Assembly (NCBI GenBank): GCA_051294905.1
Contig: CM119382.1
Span: 11,098,001-11,162,000 of the forward strand
Direction of reading: 5' to 3'
Length of the DNA stretch: 64,000 nt
Source: Botryllus schlosseri
Taxonomy: Eukaryota
The position numbers and the translations under genes were made by a program. Under the pieces are notes generated by a model. That model ran no database searches and was not told the DNA's origin. It saw only the letters and a list, made by a program, of their open reading frames with translations. Of this stretch, positions 23,589 to 34,600 are shown in pieces. The first letter of the stretch is position 1, and every line of letters begins with the position of its first letter.

Positions 23589-24805
23589 TCATTTCAATAT
23601 GAATATACTATTTAATTGTATATTGAAGTTCTGTACCTCCAAGAAGCTCTTCAAAGATTTCATAGTTGCAAAATGTTCAATGAGGAGTTCATTGAAATCT
23701 GGAATACCCAGAATGAGAGCGTTGAGAATCGGGAGCACATCTGACGCATCGAGTCTAATTACTGCAGCAACGTTGATAGAAAGCGATTTTTCAACCATAG
23801 GAATTTTAAAAGTTCACTAGTGGTTACTACTTCGGAAAAAGATGCATTAAAATATAAACAAGTCCACTCGAGCCGAGCAATATCGACTATCGGGTAATAT
23901 CGAGACACCGTTTGCAGTAGACCACATGCTTCAGATCACGATACGATACCCAATTTCGGTCGAACTAGAGACACTGTCCCCTCCCCTGGCACCAGTAGTG
24001 TAAAAGTATATAACATGGCGTCCTTATCCTCGCTTATACGTCTGCCTTTCATTTTTTATCGCAATACGTTGGGAAAAGGTAAGAGTGCGCTTTCCTCCCG
24101 TGTACGATTAGATCAATGAACAATTTCCAGACTGATAAGAGCCGAGTCTTGCCTAAAAACACTGAATTTAGCGTAAAATATATTGAGGAATAGGCTGATC
24201 AATTGATCAGCTGTTAGCCGTCATCGAAAACGAACTAGCTAACGGGCAATTCCATTCACAGACAAACGATGTTCACATCACTACCTCTTCAAATCTCCTG
24301 AAATTTGGTACACGCAGAGATGAGCTTATTCTAAACAGGATGAACTTTATTTTATGAAAATTGGACTTTGGGGTCAAAAGTTACGTCACTTTGAAAATTG
24401 ACAATTTTGTGCTCATTTCGGGTCTGCACATCTCAGGTTTTATTGATGAAATATTCAAGAAGGTGTAGCTAGATGTTGGACGACAGTTGAGATATGGCAC
24501 TTGGATTTATCTGAAGCTTGTCTGATCGTCTATATTTCCAAGTGAAATTTAATACTCTGGAGTTTAGGCTCAAAGGTTAAATTGAGGGGGAAATCTAAAA
24601 TCAGTCAGGCGTTACACGATTTAGACAGCGGATTGCTCAAAAATATATTAAAATATTTTGGAAAAAACGATCTTAAATGGAAGTTTGCTTCAAGGTGAAT
24701 TCGTTCATAGCTGTTTGATTTTGGTTTTGAAGCTGTAAAGTGATGAAATTGCAGTTTTAAGAGCACACTTCATTTGTACATGGAAATGCAGTACTAGTAG
24801 GGCGT

Positions 24806-25490
24806 GCTCGGACATCGAGTCTGGTGTGTGTGCGGCGACATGTCTGGGGTGTTTTCGGACTGTGTTGCCATTCGGACATCGTATCTGGGGTGAGTTCGGA
24901 TTGTTTTTCCCCTCGGACATCGTGTCTGGGGTGTGTTCGGGACATCGTGTCTTGAGTGTGTTTGGACAGTTTTGCAACTCGGATATCGTGCCTAGGCTGT
25001 GTTCGTAATGTGTTGCCATTCGGACATCGTGTCTAGGGCGTGTTCGGACATCATGTCTGGGGTGTTACGACTGTGCTGCCACTCGGACATCGTGTCTGGG
25101 GGTGTTCGGATATCATGCCTGCGGTGTGTTCGGATTGTATTGTCACTTGGACATCGTGTCAGGGGTGTTCGGACATCATGCCTGGGGTGTGTTTGGAATG
25201 TGTTGCCATTCAGATATTGTGTCTGGGGTGAGTTCGGACTGTTTTTCCCCTCGGACATCGTGTCTGGGGTGTATTCGGACATCATGACAGTTTTGCAACT
25301 CGGACATCGTGCGTAGGGTGAGTTCGGAATGTGTTGCCATTTGGACATCGTGTCTAGGGCGTGTTCGTACCTCATGTCTGATGTGTTAGGACTGTGTTGC
25401 CACTGGGACATCGCGTCTGGAGGGAGTTGTTCGGACATCATGCATGGGGTGAGTTCGGACTCTGTTTTCACTCGGACATCGTGTCTGGAA
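24806..25490. repeat. Composite minisatellite in the left foldback arm (mirror array 27345-27905)
   Basis: GGACATCGTGTCTGGGGTGTGTTC (24 bp) alternating with GGACTGTGTTGCCACTC-like units. Confidence 0.85.
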
Positions 25491-25682
25491 TAGGTTTGTG
25501 CTGCGCCAGACATGCCTCAGACCTGATTTTTGCGCACTCTTTTTATCCGGACATGCTCCAGTGCTGATACGTGTGCTCTAAATACCCCCAGGCATGGTCC
25601 GAACCGGATATATGAACGATTAATGGACACAGACATGCGTCGGACGTGATACCTGCGTCCTAAACGACGCATGACCTATATA

Positions 25683-26965
25683 CAGGCCGTGTTATTTTTG
25701 GCATTTCAGGAGCCAGATGCCAAAACTGCCAAAAATAAAAATTTGAAAATGCCAAAAATAAGCAATTTTTGGCATATGCCAAAAATAACACGGCCTGCCA
25801 AATAGTGTATTTCGTTCATGGTGTTGTGTTAACAGGACCGCGTTACAAGCGAGAAGAGCGTTTGTGAAAGGCAGGTTTCTTAATCTGGGTCCAGCCCACC
25901 CATTAGGGGTGAAAGCATGGTGTCCTAAATGGTCTGGGCACGGCGAGATTGAACTGCTGACTGCATTTGGTTTACGTCATACTTTCCATTTGTCCGAAGG
26001 CAATTTTACGACCATTTTTGACCGGCTTGTCGAGCGCTAAATTTGATAAAACGGGTATCAATGAGAAGCTGCCGCAGTACTGATTATTTAAATATAAATT
26101 ATATTCTGCTCATGGAACTGGAACCCCCAAAATCAACCACGATTTTTGCATTGTGATTGAGTTGAACATTGTGACGCAACAAACTGTCTGGCTATTTCTG
26201 AGCTGCATAGTCTCGTTTTGCCAGACAGTCTTGTTGCGTCAATGTTCTTTAACAAGCTAACCTTCCCAGGACTCTTCCATGTGAGTTGGTAATATTAAAG
26301 CCACTTGAAATGACAAAAGTCCTCCGAAAATACATCGGTAGACTGAAGGAGAAATGATTGTCGGGCTACTAAATAGAGTGTGTTCAGGAAACTCCTGGAA
26401 AAGGATGCATGGAAGCCGGTTCGGCCCTCCAAAGATTTTGAAGCTCTAAAAACCTTTTGTGGATGACTGGCAACATTCTTTCCCTCAACGGCTACTTTTG
26501 AAGCCGATATTTCCCAGATTTGCTGGGCGAGAAATGAATTTAGGAGAAACTTAACTGACCTGAGTTTGGAAGCACTGTTACAGTATAAACGATTTAAGTC
26601 TATTCAACAGCTGTAACAATCAGCTGTTGAGCGTGTTTGATAGGATTTTCTTTTTTTTTTTGCTTATTGGCACTGATTCCGACGGATACTGCACATTTTG
26701 TGGTTTCGTTTGATATTATTAACCTATGAAATCGTTAGGTTTTTTCTTCTTCTTATTGTTTGTTGGCACTGATTATACGTGGATGCTGCACATTTTGTGG
26801 TGTCTTTTGACAAAGTAGCCCAAATAAAGCGTTTTTGTGACTAATTCGAGGCTGAAACTATCTATTTAGAGGACGATGCCAAAACTGCCAAAAATAAAAA
26901 TCGAAAAATGCCAAAAATAAGTTATTTTTGGCAGTTTTGGCATATGCCAAAAATAACACGGCCTG
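25683..26965 (+). mobile_element. hAT deletion derivative with a transposase C-terminal remnant, level 5 of the stack
   Basis: TIR CAGGCCGTGTTATTTTTGGCA; perfect TSD CCTATATA. 26438-26616 encodes FEALKTFCG*LATFFPSTATFEADISQICWARNEFRRNLTDLSLEALLQ, resembling the hAT dimerisation region. Confidence 0.85.
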
Positions 26966-27344
26966 CCTATATATGACATATGTCTGCAGTTTTTGCTGAT
27001 ATCTGCGATGGCTTGGTATATCCACAGTAGTGATAGGGTATATCTACTGTGGATGTGGAATTGTGGATATAGGCCTACTCAGCAATCGCTACAGTGGATA
27101 TACTCAGCTATCGAAGATATCACCAAACACCGCAAACATAGAGGTCATATATAGGTCACGCATCATTTAGGACGCGGGTATCACGTCTGAAGCATGTCTG
27201 CGCCCATTCAGCGCGCAGATATCCGGTCCGGACCATGCCTGGAGGTATTAGTGCGCAGATATCAGCACCGAAGCATATGTCCGGATAAAAATAGTGCGCG
27301 GATATCAGGTCTGAGGCATGTCTGGCGCAGCACGGACATATCCC

Positions 27345-27905
27345 AGACACGATGTCCGAATGGCAACACAGTCCGAACACATCCCAGGCATGATGTCCGA
27401 ACGCACCCAAGACACGATGTCCGAGTCACAATAAATCCGAACAGACCCGAGGCATGATGTCCGAACACCCCCAGACACGATGGCCGAGTGGCAGCACAGT
27501 CCTAACACCCCAGACATGATGTCCGAACACTCCCTAGACACGATGTCCGAATGGCAACACAGTCCGAACACATCCCAGGCATGATGTCCGAGCACCCCCC
27601 AGACACGATGTCCGAGTCACAATACAACCCGAACACACCCCAGGCATGATGTCCGAACACGCCCTAGACACGATGTCCGAATGGCAACACATTACGAACA
27701 CAGCCTAGGCACGATATCCGAGTTGCAAAACTGTCCATACGCAGTTTACGCACCCAAGACATGATGTCCCGAACACACCCCAGACACTATGTCCGAGGGG
27801 CAAAACAGTCCGAACTCACCCCAGATACGATGTCCGAATGGCAACACAGTCCGAAAACACCCCAGACATGTTGTCCGCACACACACCAGACTCGATGTCC
27901 GAGCA
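27345..27905. repeat. Composite minisatellite in the right foldback arm
   Basis: Reverse complement of the 24806-25490 array with a different copy arrangement. Confidence 0.85.
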
Positions 27906-28744
27906 CGCCCTACTAGTACTGCATTTCCATGTACAAATGAAGTGTGCTCTTAAAACTGCAATTTCATCACTTTACAGTTTCAAAACCAAAATCAAACAGC
28001 TATGAGCGAATTCTCCTTGAAGCAAACTTTCATTTAAGATCGTTTTTTCCAAAATATTTTAATATGTTTTTGAGCAATCCGCTGTCTAAATCGTGTAACG
28101 CCTGACTGATTTTAGATTTCCCCCTCAATTTAACCTTTGACCCTAACCTCCAGGGTATTAAATTTCACTTGGAAATATAGACGATCAGACAAGCTTCAGA
28201 TAAATCCAAGTGCCGTATCTCAACTGTCGTCCAACATCTAGCTACACCTTCTTGAATATTTCATTAATACAACCTGAGATGTGCAGACCCGAAATGAGCA
28301 CAAAATTGTCAATTTTCAAAGTGACGTAACTTTTGACCCCAAAGTCCAATTTTCATAAAAATAAAGGTCATTCTGTTTGGAATAAGCTCATCTCTGCGTG
28401 TACCAAATTTCAGGAGATTTGAAGAGGTAGTGACGTGAACATCGTTTGTCTGTGAATGGAATGGCCCTAACGCGCTTGACATCGGGTTGTCAGCAAATGG
28501 CTTGAAGGCCACAATTTCACGGTGAAATTGACATTGGAGAATATAAAATAAAGTAAATATTTGAATGCAAACCGAGAATCTTAGTAAACTGTTTCATGAG
28601 ATCATCATCTCATCACCTATCTCAGTATGAAACACAGTTAAAATTAGCACAGACCAACGCCGGCTTTTGCGTGAAATCCGCAATGCGGTAGTCGGCGTTA
28701 GGCCTACCATACTCGACCTCGATAATGAAATTGATGCCCTAATC

Positions 28745-29260
28745 ATTGAGTGTCAACCTCGGGACTTGGCACAGCGTTCGATACTGAAATCAAGATATAC
28801 CGTCCAAAAGCTCAAGACGGATATAGGTATGGAGCATCGTTAAAATCGATACAGACCAATACCGGTATATCGTAAAATCTGTCAGTGATAAATGGCGAGT
28901 CAGCTGTCACTCGACTTAGGAAACGAAATTACCACCCACAAAGTTCAGTGATAAACTTTAAACTTGGTACGGCGATCGATACTAACACTTCGACCAACTA
29001 TGCCAAATGTCATGACAGATCTCGGTATGGAACATCGTCAAAATCAATGGAGACCAATACCCGCTTTTGAGTAAAATCTGTTTGCGATACATGACGGATC
29101 AGCACACAGTCAACTTTGGAAACGAAATTACCACCCTACACTTTAAGTAGCAACCCTGAAACTTGGAGCAGTGTTAAATACGACCTTCGCGACAAAACAT
29201 ACCAAGTTTCAAGAATTATCATGGAGCAAAACATCGTCAAAATCGACCTATACCAACAAA
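28745..29260. repeat. Degenerate tandem repeat, ~198-bp unit x ~2.6
   Basis: ACTTGG anchors at 28764, 28962 and 29161; shared catcgt.aaaatc and gaaacgaaattaccacc blocks. Confidence 0.65.
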
Positions 29261-30844
29261 GGTCGACTCAACGCATATGACGGTAACCGAGTTCAGATAT
29301 AGACACGATTGTTACATCACACCTTAAGGGCAACCAGGCAGGTTGCCCCACTTGCTCGGTAATTTTATGAATAGGAGAGAGTAAATCACCGTTTCTTTAT
29401 AGTGCGCGGCTTAGAGAGAATAGACAGTGAAAGCTTGTTATGAGCGCTACCGGGGCAAGCCCCGGCTAGGCATTCACAAAGCGAAAACACAGAAGAGAAT
29501 TCGATTTTCGCAGAGACTTCGCTAGGTATGGGCATTTACAAGCGAAAGCACAAGAATAATGCGGGTTTCGCTCTGATTTCGGTATATATTGAATGTTGTG
29601 CATCTACAAATGGTAAATAATTGTTATTAAACATAATTTTAGGTGGGGCAATGCCCCAGTTGCCCTATAGGACGAGCCGCCACTGGTATTTTGTATAGCC
29701 TATATAACGAAGTCTTAGGTCTGCATAAGGGCATAGACCTTTTCGGCCAAGCTTTTCTCCCTGCCGATCGTTCTGGCACACTTCTTGGAGTCGCATGTTA
29801 TATGGCCTAAAACTTGATTGTATGTCTTGGTGGGTCGTGGCGCGGTAATGGCCCAATACCCAATAATATAGATAAACGGAAATTGCATAAATTTTCAAAA
29901 AATACTACATGATTTATGCTAATTCATGAAATAATTTTGGGCCCCCTTCGAGCTCGAGCCCCCCCAATTGGGGGGTTTGGGGTGCGGCAGTTACGGTGCT
30001 GGCTATCACCTACCCGCTTTCTCTTGCTGCTGTTGTTATTAACATATTTGTACATCTATATCAGGTAGCCTACCTTACGCGTGTGTGCATGAGGTGAAGG
30101 CGGGGGGGGGGGGGGGGGCAGTGCCTCACCAACCACGAACCTCACCGCACGTCACTGCTGTCCTACTCCACGCTCGACGATGGAGACTGATCTAGCGCAA
30201 CGCGGGCTGTCGCTTGAAGACGCCCACGACCGCCTACGTTGGAGACGCTTAACACGAGCCCAAACTGACTATCTCGGTGTTCTTTTGTTTCCTGTTTTCT
30301 TTTGCCCTTTATATTTTATCTAATTGAAAAGTCGATATATATATACTGCTGTCCTTGCCCAATGAGCCGAGCGTTATACAGATGTGACCCGGAATATCTG
30401 CAAGTGACATTATTATTGACCAAATTCGTTCATTAACTTTGACAAATTTTCGCGCTGCGCGCGATTATGACATTATGAATACACACTGACTTTCCATGAC
30501 ATAATTGTTATCGATTTGGATGCGCTTTTTTCAGCGATACCAAATCAGATTCGCTACTATCGGACGACTAAAAAGAGGTCATCAAAAGCCAAGTGGCCCG
30601 CGCAATGGTTCGTAAATCTCATGTGGCCCTTTGGCGGAAAAGGTTGTCAGCCCCTGGCCTACGACGACTATAACAACGATGTTTAGTATACGGAAATGCG
30701 GTCGGAATTCGATATAAAGCATTATACTCTATACTCAAACGAAAAAAGATTCCCTCGTCGTAATTAATCAGTAGCGGTGTCAAAGTAATTCGAATCTGTT
30801 TGTATGTTACATTTGCAAAATTTGGATGGTATTACCAAAAAGTC

Positions 30845-30926
30845 CGCTGCGAGCAGGATTCGAACCTGCGCGGGAATATCCCATTGGATTTCGAGTCCAA
30901 CGCCTTAACCACTCGGCCATCGCAGC
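30845..30926 (-). tRNA. tRNA-Ser (anticodon CGA)
   Basis: GCTGCGATGGCCGAGTGGTTAAGGCGTTGGACTCGAAATCCAATGGGATATTCCCGCGCAGGTTCGAATCCTGCTCGCAGCG: 82 nt, long variable arm, intact A and B boxes, followed by a TTTTT Pol III terminator. Confidence 0.95.
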
Positions 30927-31664
30927 TACGAGTGACGGCGCGTGATATATAAAAATAGATTGCTCGTTCTCGAAATTTGAGCGGGGCTCGCGTAAAATTT
31001 TATATTCTTATTATAATTATGTTTGTTACTGCACAATTATTCTGAATCTAAGCGGCGAATTTATATATACGGCTAATTTGTATGGAAATATGGTGCGAAT
31101 TTTAGATTAGTTTGCGGATGACTGCCCACTACTGTAAATATCAACATTTCTCTTCGCCAGCAGATGTCCTGTTTCTATGGGAACGTATGATCTTCATGAT
31201 ATCTTTCTGTGAAATAAATGTGGAAATGAAAACGCTCTTGGTAAATATTGCCGGGAGCTCATATTTCAACTGCGTAATGGTACGTAAAAATCGACTTCTG
31301 AATTTATAGCGAAGGCAGCTTGGCGAGAATTTATGCGGTGAGCTGTCAGCTTCAATAAATCTCAGGTTTGACAGTCACCACGTAAGCCCGTCAGCGGTTT
31401 TCGTTTGTTTTGCACGACGTGATACAGTGCTTGCGTTGCGGTGCCATGCCAATGCGTGTTTTAGTGTTTTAAAATTCAAAGTATCGAAGATGCACTGACC
31501 GTAAGTGATATTTGTATTGAATATCACACTGCTCTGACATCTAGACCATTTTACCTCTTTCACTCCACTCTACCATCGAATTTCTATTTTGTCAGTGTAT
31601 TTTTTACATCTAACATCATTATCAATAATGTTCTCATTGCGTTGGTAAAAATGCAATAGCAGCG

Positions 31665-34600
31665 ATGGAATCTGTGTCAGAAAGTCCCTCAAATGAAAGG
31701 ACTTTACGGGAACTTGTGCATCTTGCACTTGGAACACCTGAGGTAAGTTTGACTTCATCCTATCTTTTCATTGTATCACTATCTTGTGGTGTTTTGAAAT
31801 GATGTAATTATAAATTTACTGATGGTGATGATTTAGTCCTTTAAGTCAATTGTTCATTGAAGCAACACAATTCATGATGGAAAAACCTTTTCCGGGTGCA
31901 TGTGGCTCATAGCAGGGCTGTAACCAAGTCACAAGGGTCCGAGTCACAAGTCAATCTCACTTTTATAGTTTTGACTCGAGTCAAGTCGAGTCATTTTCAC
32001 TTCACCACCGAGTTAAGTCCGAGTCCAAGTCATCGATCAAAGGGTCGAGTCTGAGTCATGGTATTATGACTCGAGTCAGACTCCAAGTCATTGTGGTGAC
32101 TGCTGATTTCCAGTTAAAGTCTTGTTAAACCCACTTTTTATACCGTAACTCTGTTTCGTGATATCGAATGGTTCGCATTTATATTATACTAATTTTCCTC
32201 ACTTATAGCAGTTTCCGATCTCCTTTTCAAGTAGGCTACCAGTACCAATAGACGGAATGCCTATAGAGTGGTTAATTTACTATTCTTCGAATTACAATGA
32301 AATGTCGGACTTGGCCGTCTGAGTCACGAGTCATATGACTTGGTTCGAGTCATGCGCAATGACTCGAGTCAATACACAGATTGACTCGAGTCGAGTCATT
32401 TCTGTATTTTGAGAAAATGACTCGAGTCAAGTCGAGTAATCAAAAATCGTGTCTCGAGTCGGACTCGAGTCAAGTCATGACTCGAGTCATTACACCCCTG
32501 GCTCATAGATATATGGACTCGTTGTTTAAAATGTTATGTTATATTAATTTGAGATACTGTCCACTTGCAAGTTTGTATTAAGTAGCAGTGGTTCTACCAG
32601 ATAAATAGCGCAATGATAGATCATCCTTCTTCTTTCTTGGTATGTCATGAGTCAATCCTCGGTGGGTTCAAAGATCGTAAATAAACTGGTATGTCCAGTT
32701 TCCCTGCTGGACTCTCTAAACACCAGAATTGTGTGGAGATGAAAATGGTGCTGAGGAATAGATAACCTTGACCGCATCTCCATCGTACAAGCACAATTGA
32801 TGATGCGGACAAAAATATTCTGATGTTCTTCCAAGTTTTGCTATGTAACAAACAATTGAATGAAACAAATCGTTGAATGTTTAGAATTGACGAAAATTGA
32901 CGAAACTGACAAGCTAACCAAAAAAAACATATGTTATAGTACTGTCAATATCCCCTATTGTTTTGTAGTTATCATAAGATTGGGTCGACTTGCGTGCATT
33001 GGAAAAGAACCATTCAAGCCCTCCAAACGTTGCACAGTTTGTTTTTTTGCGCAGATTTCCCACTATGAAATAGCCTACAACCTGTCACATTGCCCTAGTC
33101 TCATAATGCCGGGAAATATATCCTGTCACTTGAGGAAAATTCCCATCATGTGCAATTAATTGTAGAGACAGTACCTAGATTCCATCCAGGCGTGTCGCAC
33201 TGTAATTTATAAGAAGGAGTGAACAGTGAACACTAATGCTTTCAATACTCAATTATATAGCGTAGTTTTAATTATTGAAGATATGCCAGTATGCGTTATT
33301 TTTTATACGACTCAGCAGGATTGTAGCCTACAACTTCAAAACTAGTACTTTCATCCGGGGAATGATCCTGTTAGCGCGATTACTTGTAGAGAACGGATCC
33401 AGCCAGTTGTTATTAATCATTGACTTGGCTCAAACTCTCATGATAAGTCAAATCCACTTCCAACAGAAGTGTTTTCCAAATAATTGAAATTGATATCACT
33501 CAGTTTTAAGGAATGACAAACAATGCTTTGAACAGTAAGAACCATTAAGTGATTATGTAGGCCAAACCTCTATCAAACACATATTAATTTGAATTGAAAA
33601 ATTAGTGGTATATTAAATGTGTTTGAATTACATTTCAGGTTGGTGCTGTGAACTTCAATATCTTACAGTCGCTTCTTCTTGCAATTCTTGAAAAACTCAA
33701 TTTGCAAGAATCCAAGGCAGTTATTGCACCAGGTACAATTTGCGTTCCATCTGTCATATTTAAAGCTTAGTGTTGAAATGCTGATCTGTAAGGTGAAATA
33801 TACCAAATTCAATTCATCATTTGAAGCAAATTTTGAACATTCGTTCCAGTTGTCACTTTTTCATTTTGTTACCTTTATATGATCTATTTATTGTGATTGC
33901 AATATACACTTAAGTGATTGATTGATTTTGATTTTCTCAAGTTAAGTGCAGAATGGTGTCATGCCTTATACACGTGTGTGTATTCAGTACGCAGTGTGAA
34001 ATTGAGAATTACACTGTTTGTGTGCACATTGTTTTGATAATGCTTGATATTGAAGTAGAAGAGGAATTGCACTTATACCTGTCAAGTCAAAACAATGTAG
34101 GCCTAACCAAAATGACTGTAGTATCTGTGTGTAAGGTAGCCTCTAATTCAATCCAAAATTGTGGAATTATCCGGTCGTAATCTTTGAGAAAATTTGGCTG
34201 CCTTTCATTTTGAATAATACCTACCAATCCAAGTCATCAGATTCCTTAATTTTTGTTTGGATAGGATTTTTCTCAATATTTGTAATACAGGGTGTTGGTA
34301 GATTATTGTCACAAAATCTGACACACCTGTTGGTCCGATCATGTAATCTCAGGATCCGGTCCGCGGATTATCTATGTACGGGTGTCGAGATATGTCAGTA
34401 ACAAAGGATAGGGGGGTGTGATATTTCAAGTCAATTTGCTATCGTGGATTTTATTGTTTGAAAATGTATCATTATTAAAGACGTTCTTTATGCTAGCCAG
34501 GCGTGACTGTAATGTGAAGATTCAACAATGAAATCTTTTATTAAGAGTAACTTTTAAATCTACCACCATTCCTTATAATGAAAGACACCTAATGTAATAT

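Larger units (their letters stand above)
23477..23651. mobile_element. Inverted pair of hammerhead-bearing repeats (Penelope pseudo-LTR-like)
   Basis: 62-bp arms 23477-23538 and 23554-23615 around a 15-bp spacer; the right copy continues to the family end motif GTACCTCCAAGAAGCTCTT. Confidence 0.7.
24244..28467. mobile_element. Foldback DNA element (near-complete palindrome with internal minisatellites; possibly Sola2-related), level 4 of the stack
   Basis: Arms begin GGGC(A/C)ATTCCATTCACAGACAAACGATG and are flanked by a 4-bp direct repeat TAAC. The inverted similarity runs ~1.4 kb inward and continues past the nested hAT to a centre near 27060. No ORF. Confidence 0.8.
23209..29685. mobile_element. 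hAT-type non-autonomous element, level 3 of the stack
   Basis: 14-bp TIR CAGTGGCGGCTCGT; perfect TSD GTATTTTG. Confidence 0.85.
22264..30001. mobile_element. hAT-type non-autonomous element, level 2 of the stack
   Basis: TIR CAGGGCCGTAAC / GTTACGGTGCTG; perfect TSD GCTATCAC; internal ~330-bp degenerate duplication (22430-22640 vs 22760-22960). Confidence 0.8.
21777..30157. mobile_element. Outer hAT-type MITE (~635 bp of own sequence), level 1 of a nested stack
   Basis: 14-bp TIR CAGTGACGTGCGGT; TSD CTGTCCTT/CTGTCCTA; GTGAGGCA/TGCCTCAC subterminal motifs in both halves. Confidence 0.8.

Noticed and set aside
23589-23798. Protein-like minus-strand ORF (INVAAVIRLDASDVLPILNALILG...) next to the hammerhead dimer
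   Set aside because: No RT or GIY-YIG motifs and no usable splice sites; it cannot be assigned
24705-27595. Many overlapping ORFs (e.g. 24992-25513, 24999-25316, 27305-27595) and a regularly spaced repeat array
   Set aside because: The ORFs are translations of a stop-poor minisatellite in both foldback arms. The array has no unique spacers and the context is eukaryotic, so it is not a CRISPR array.
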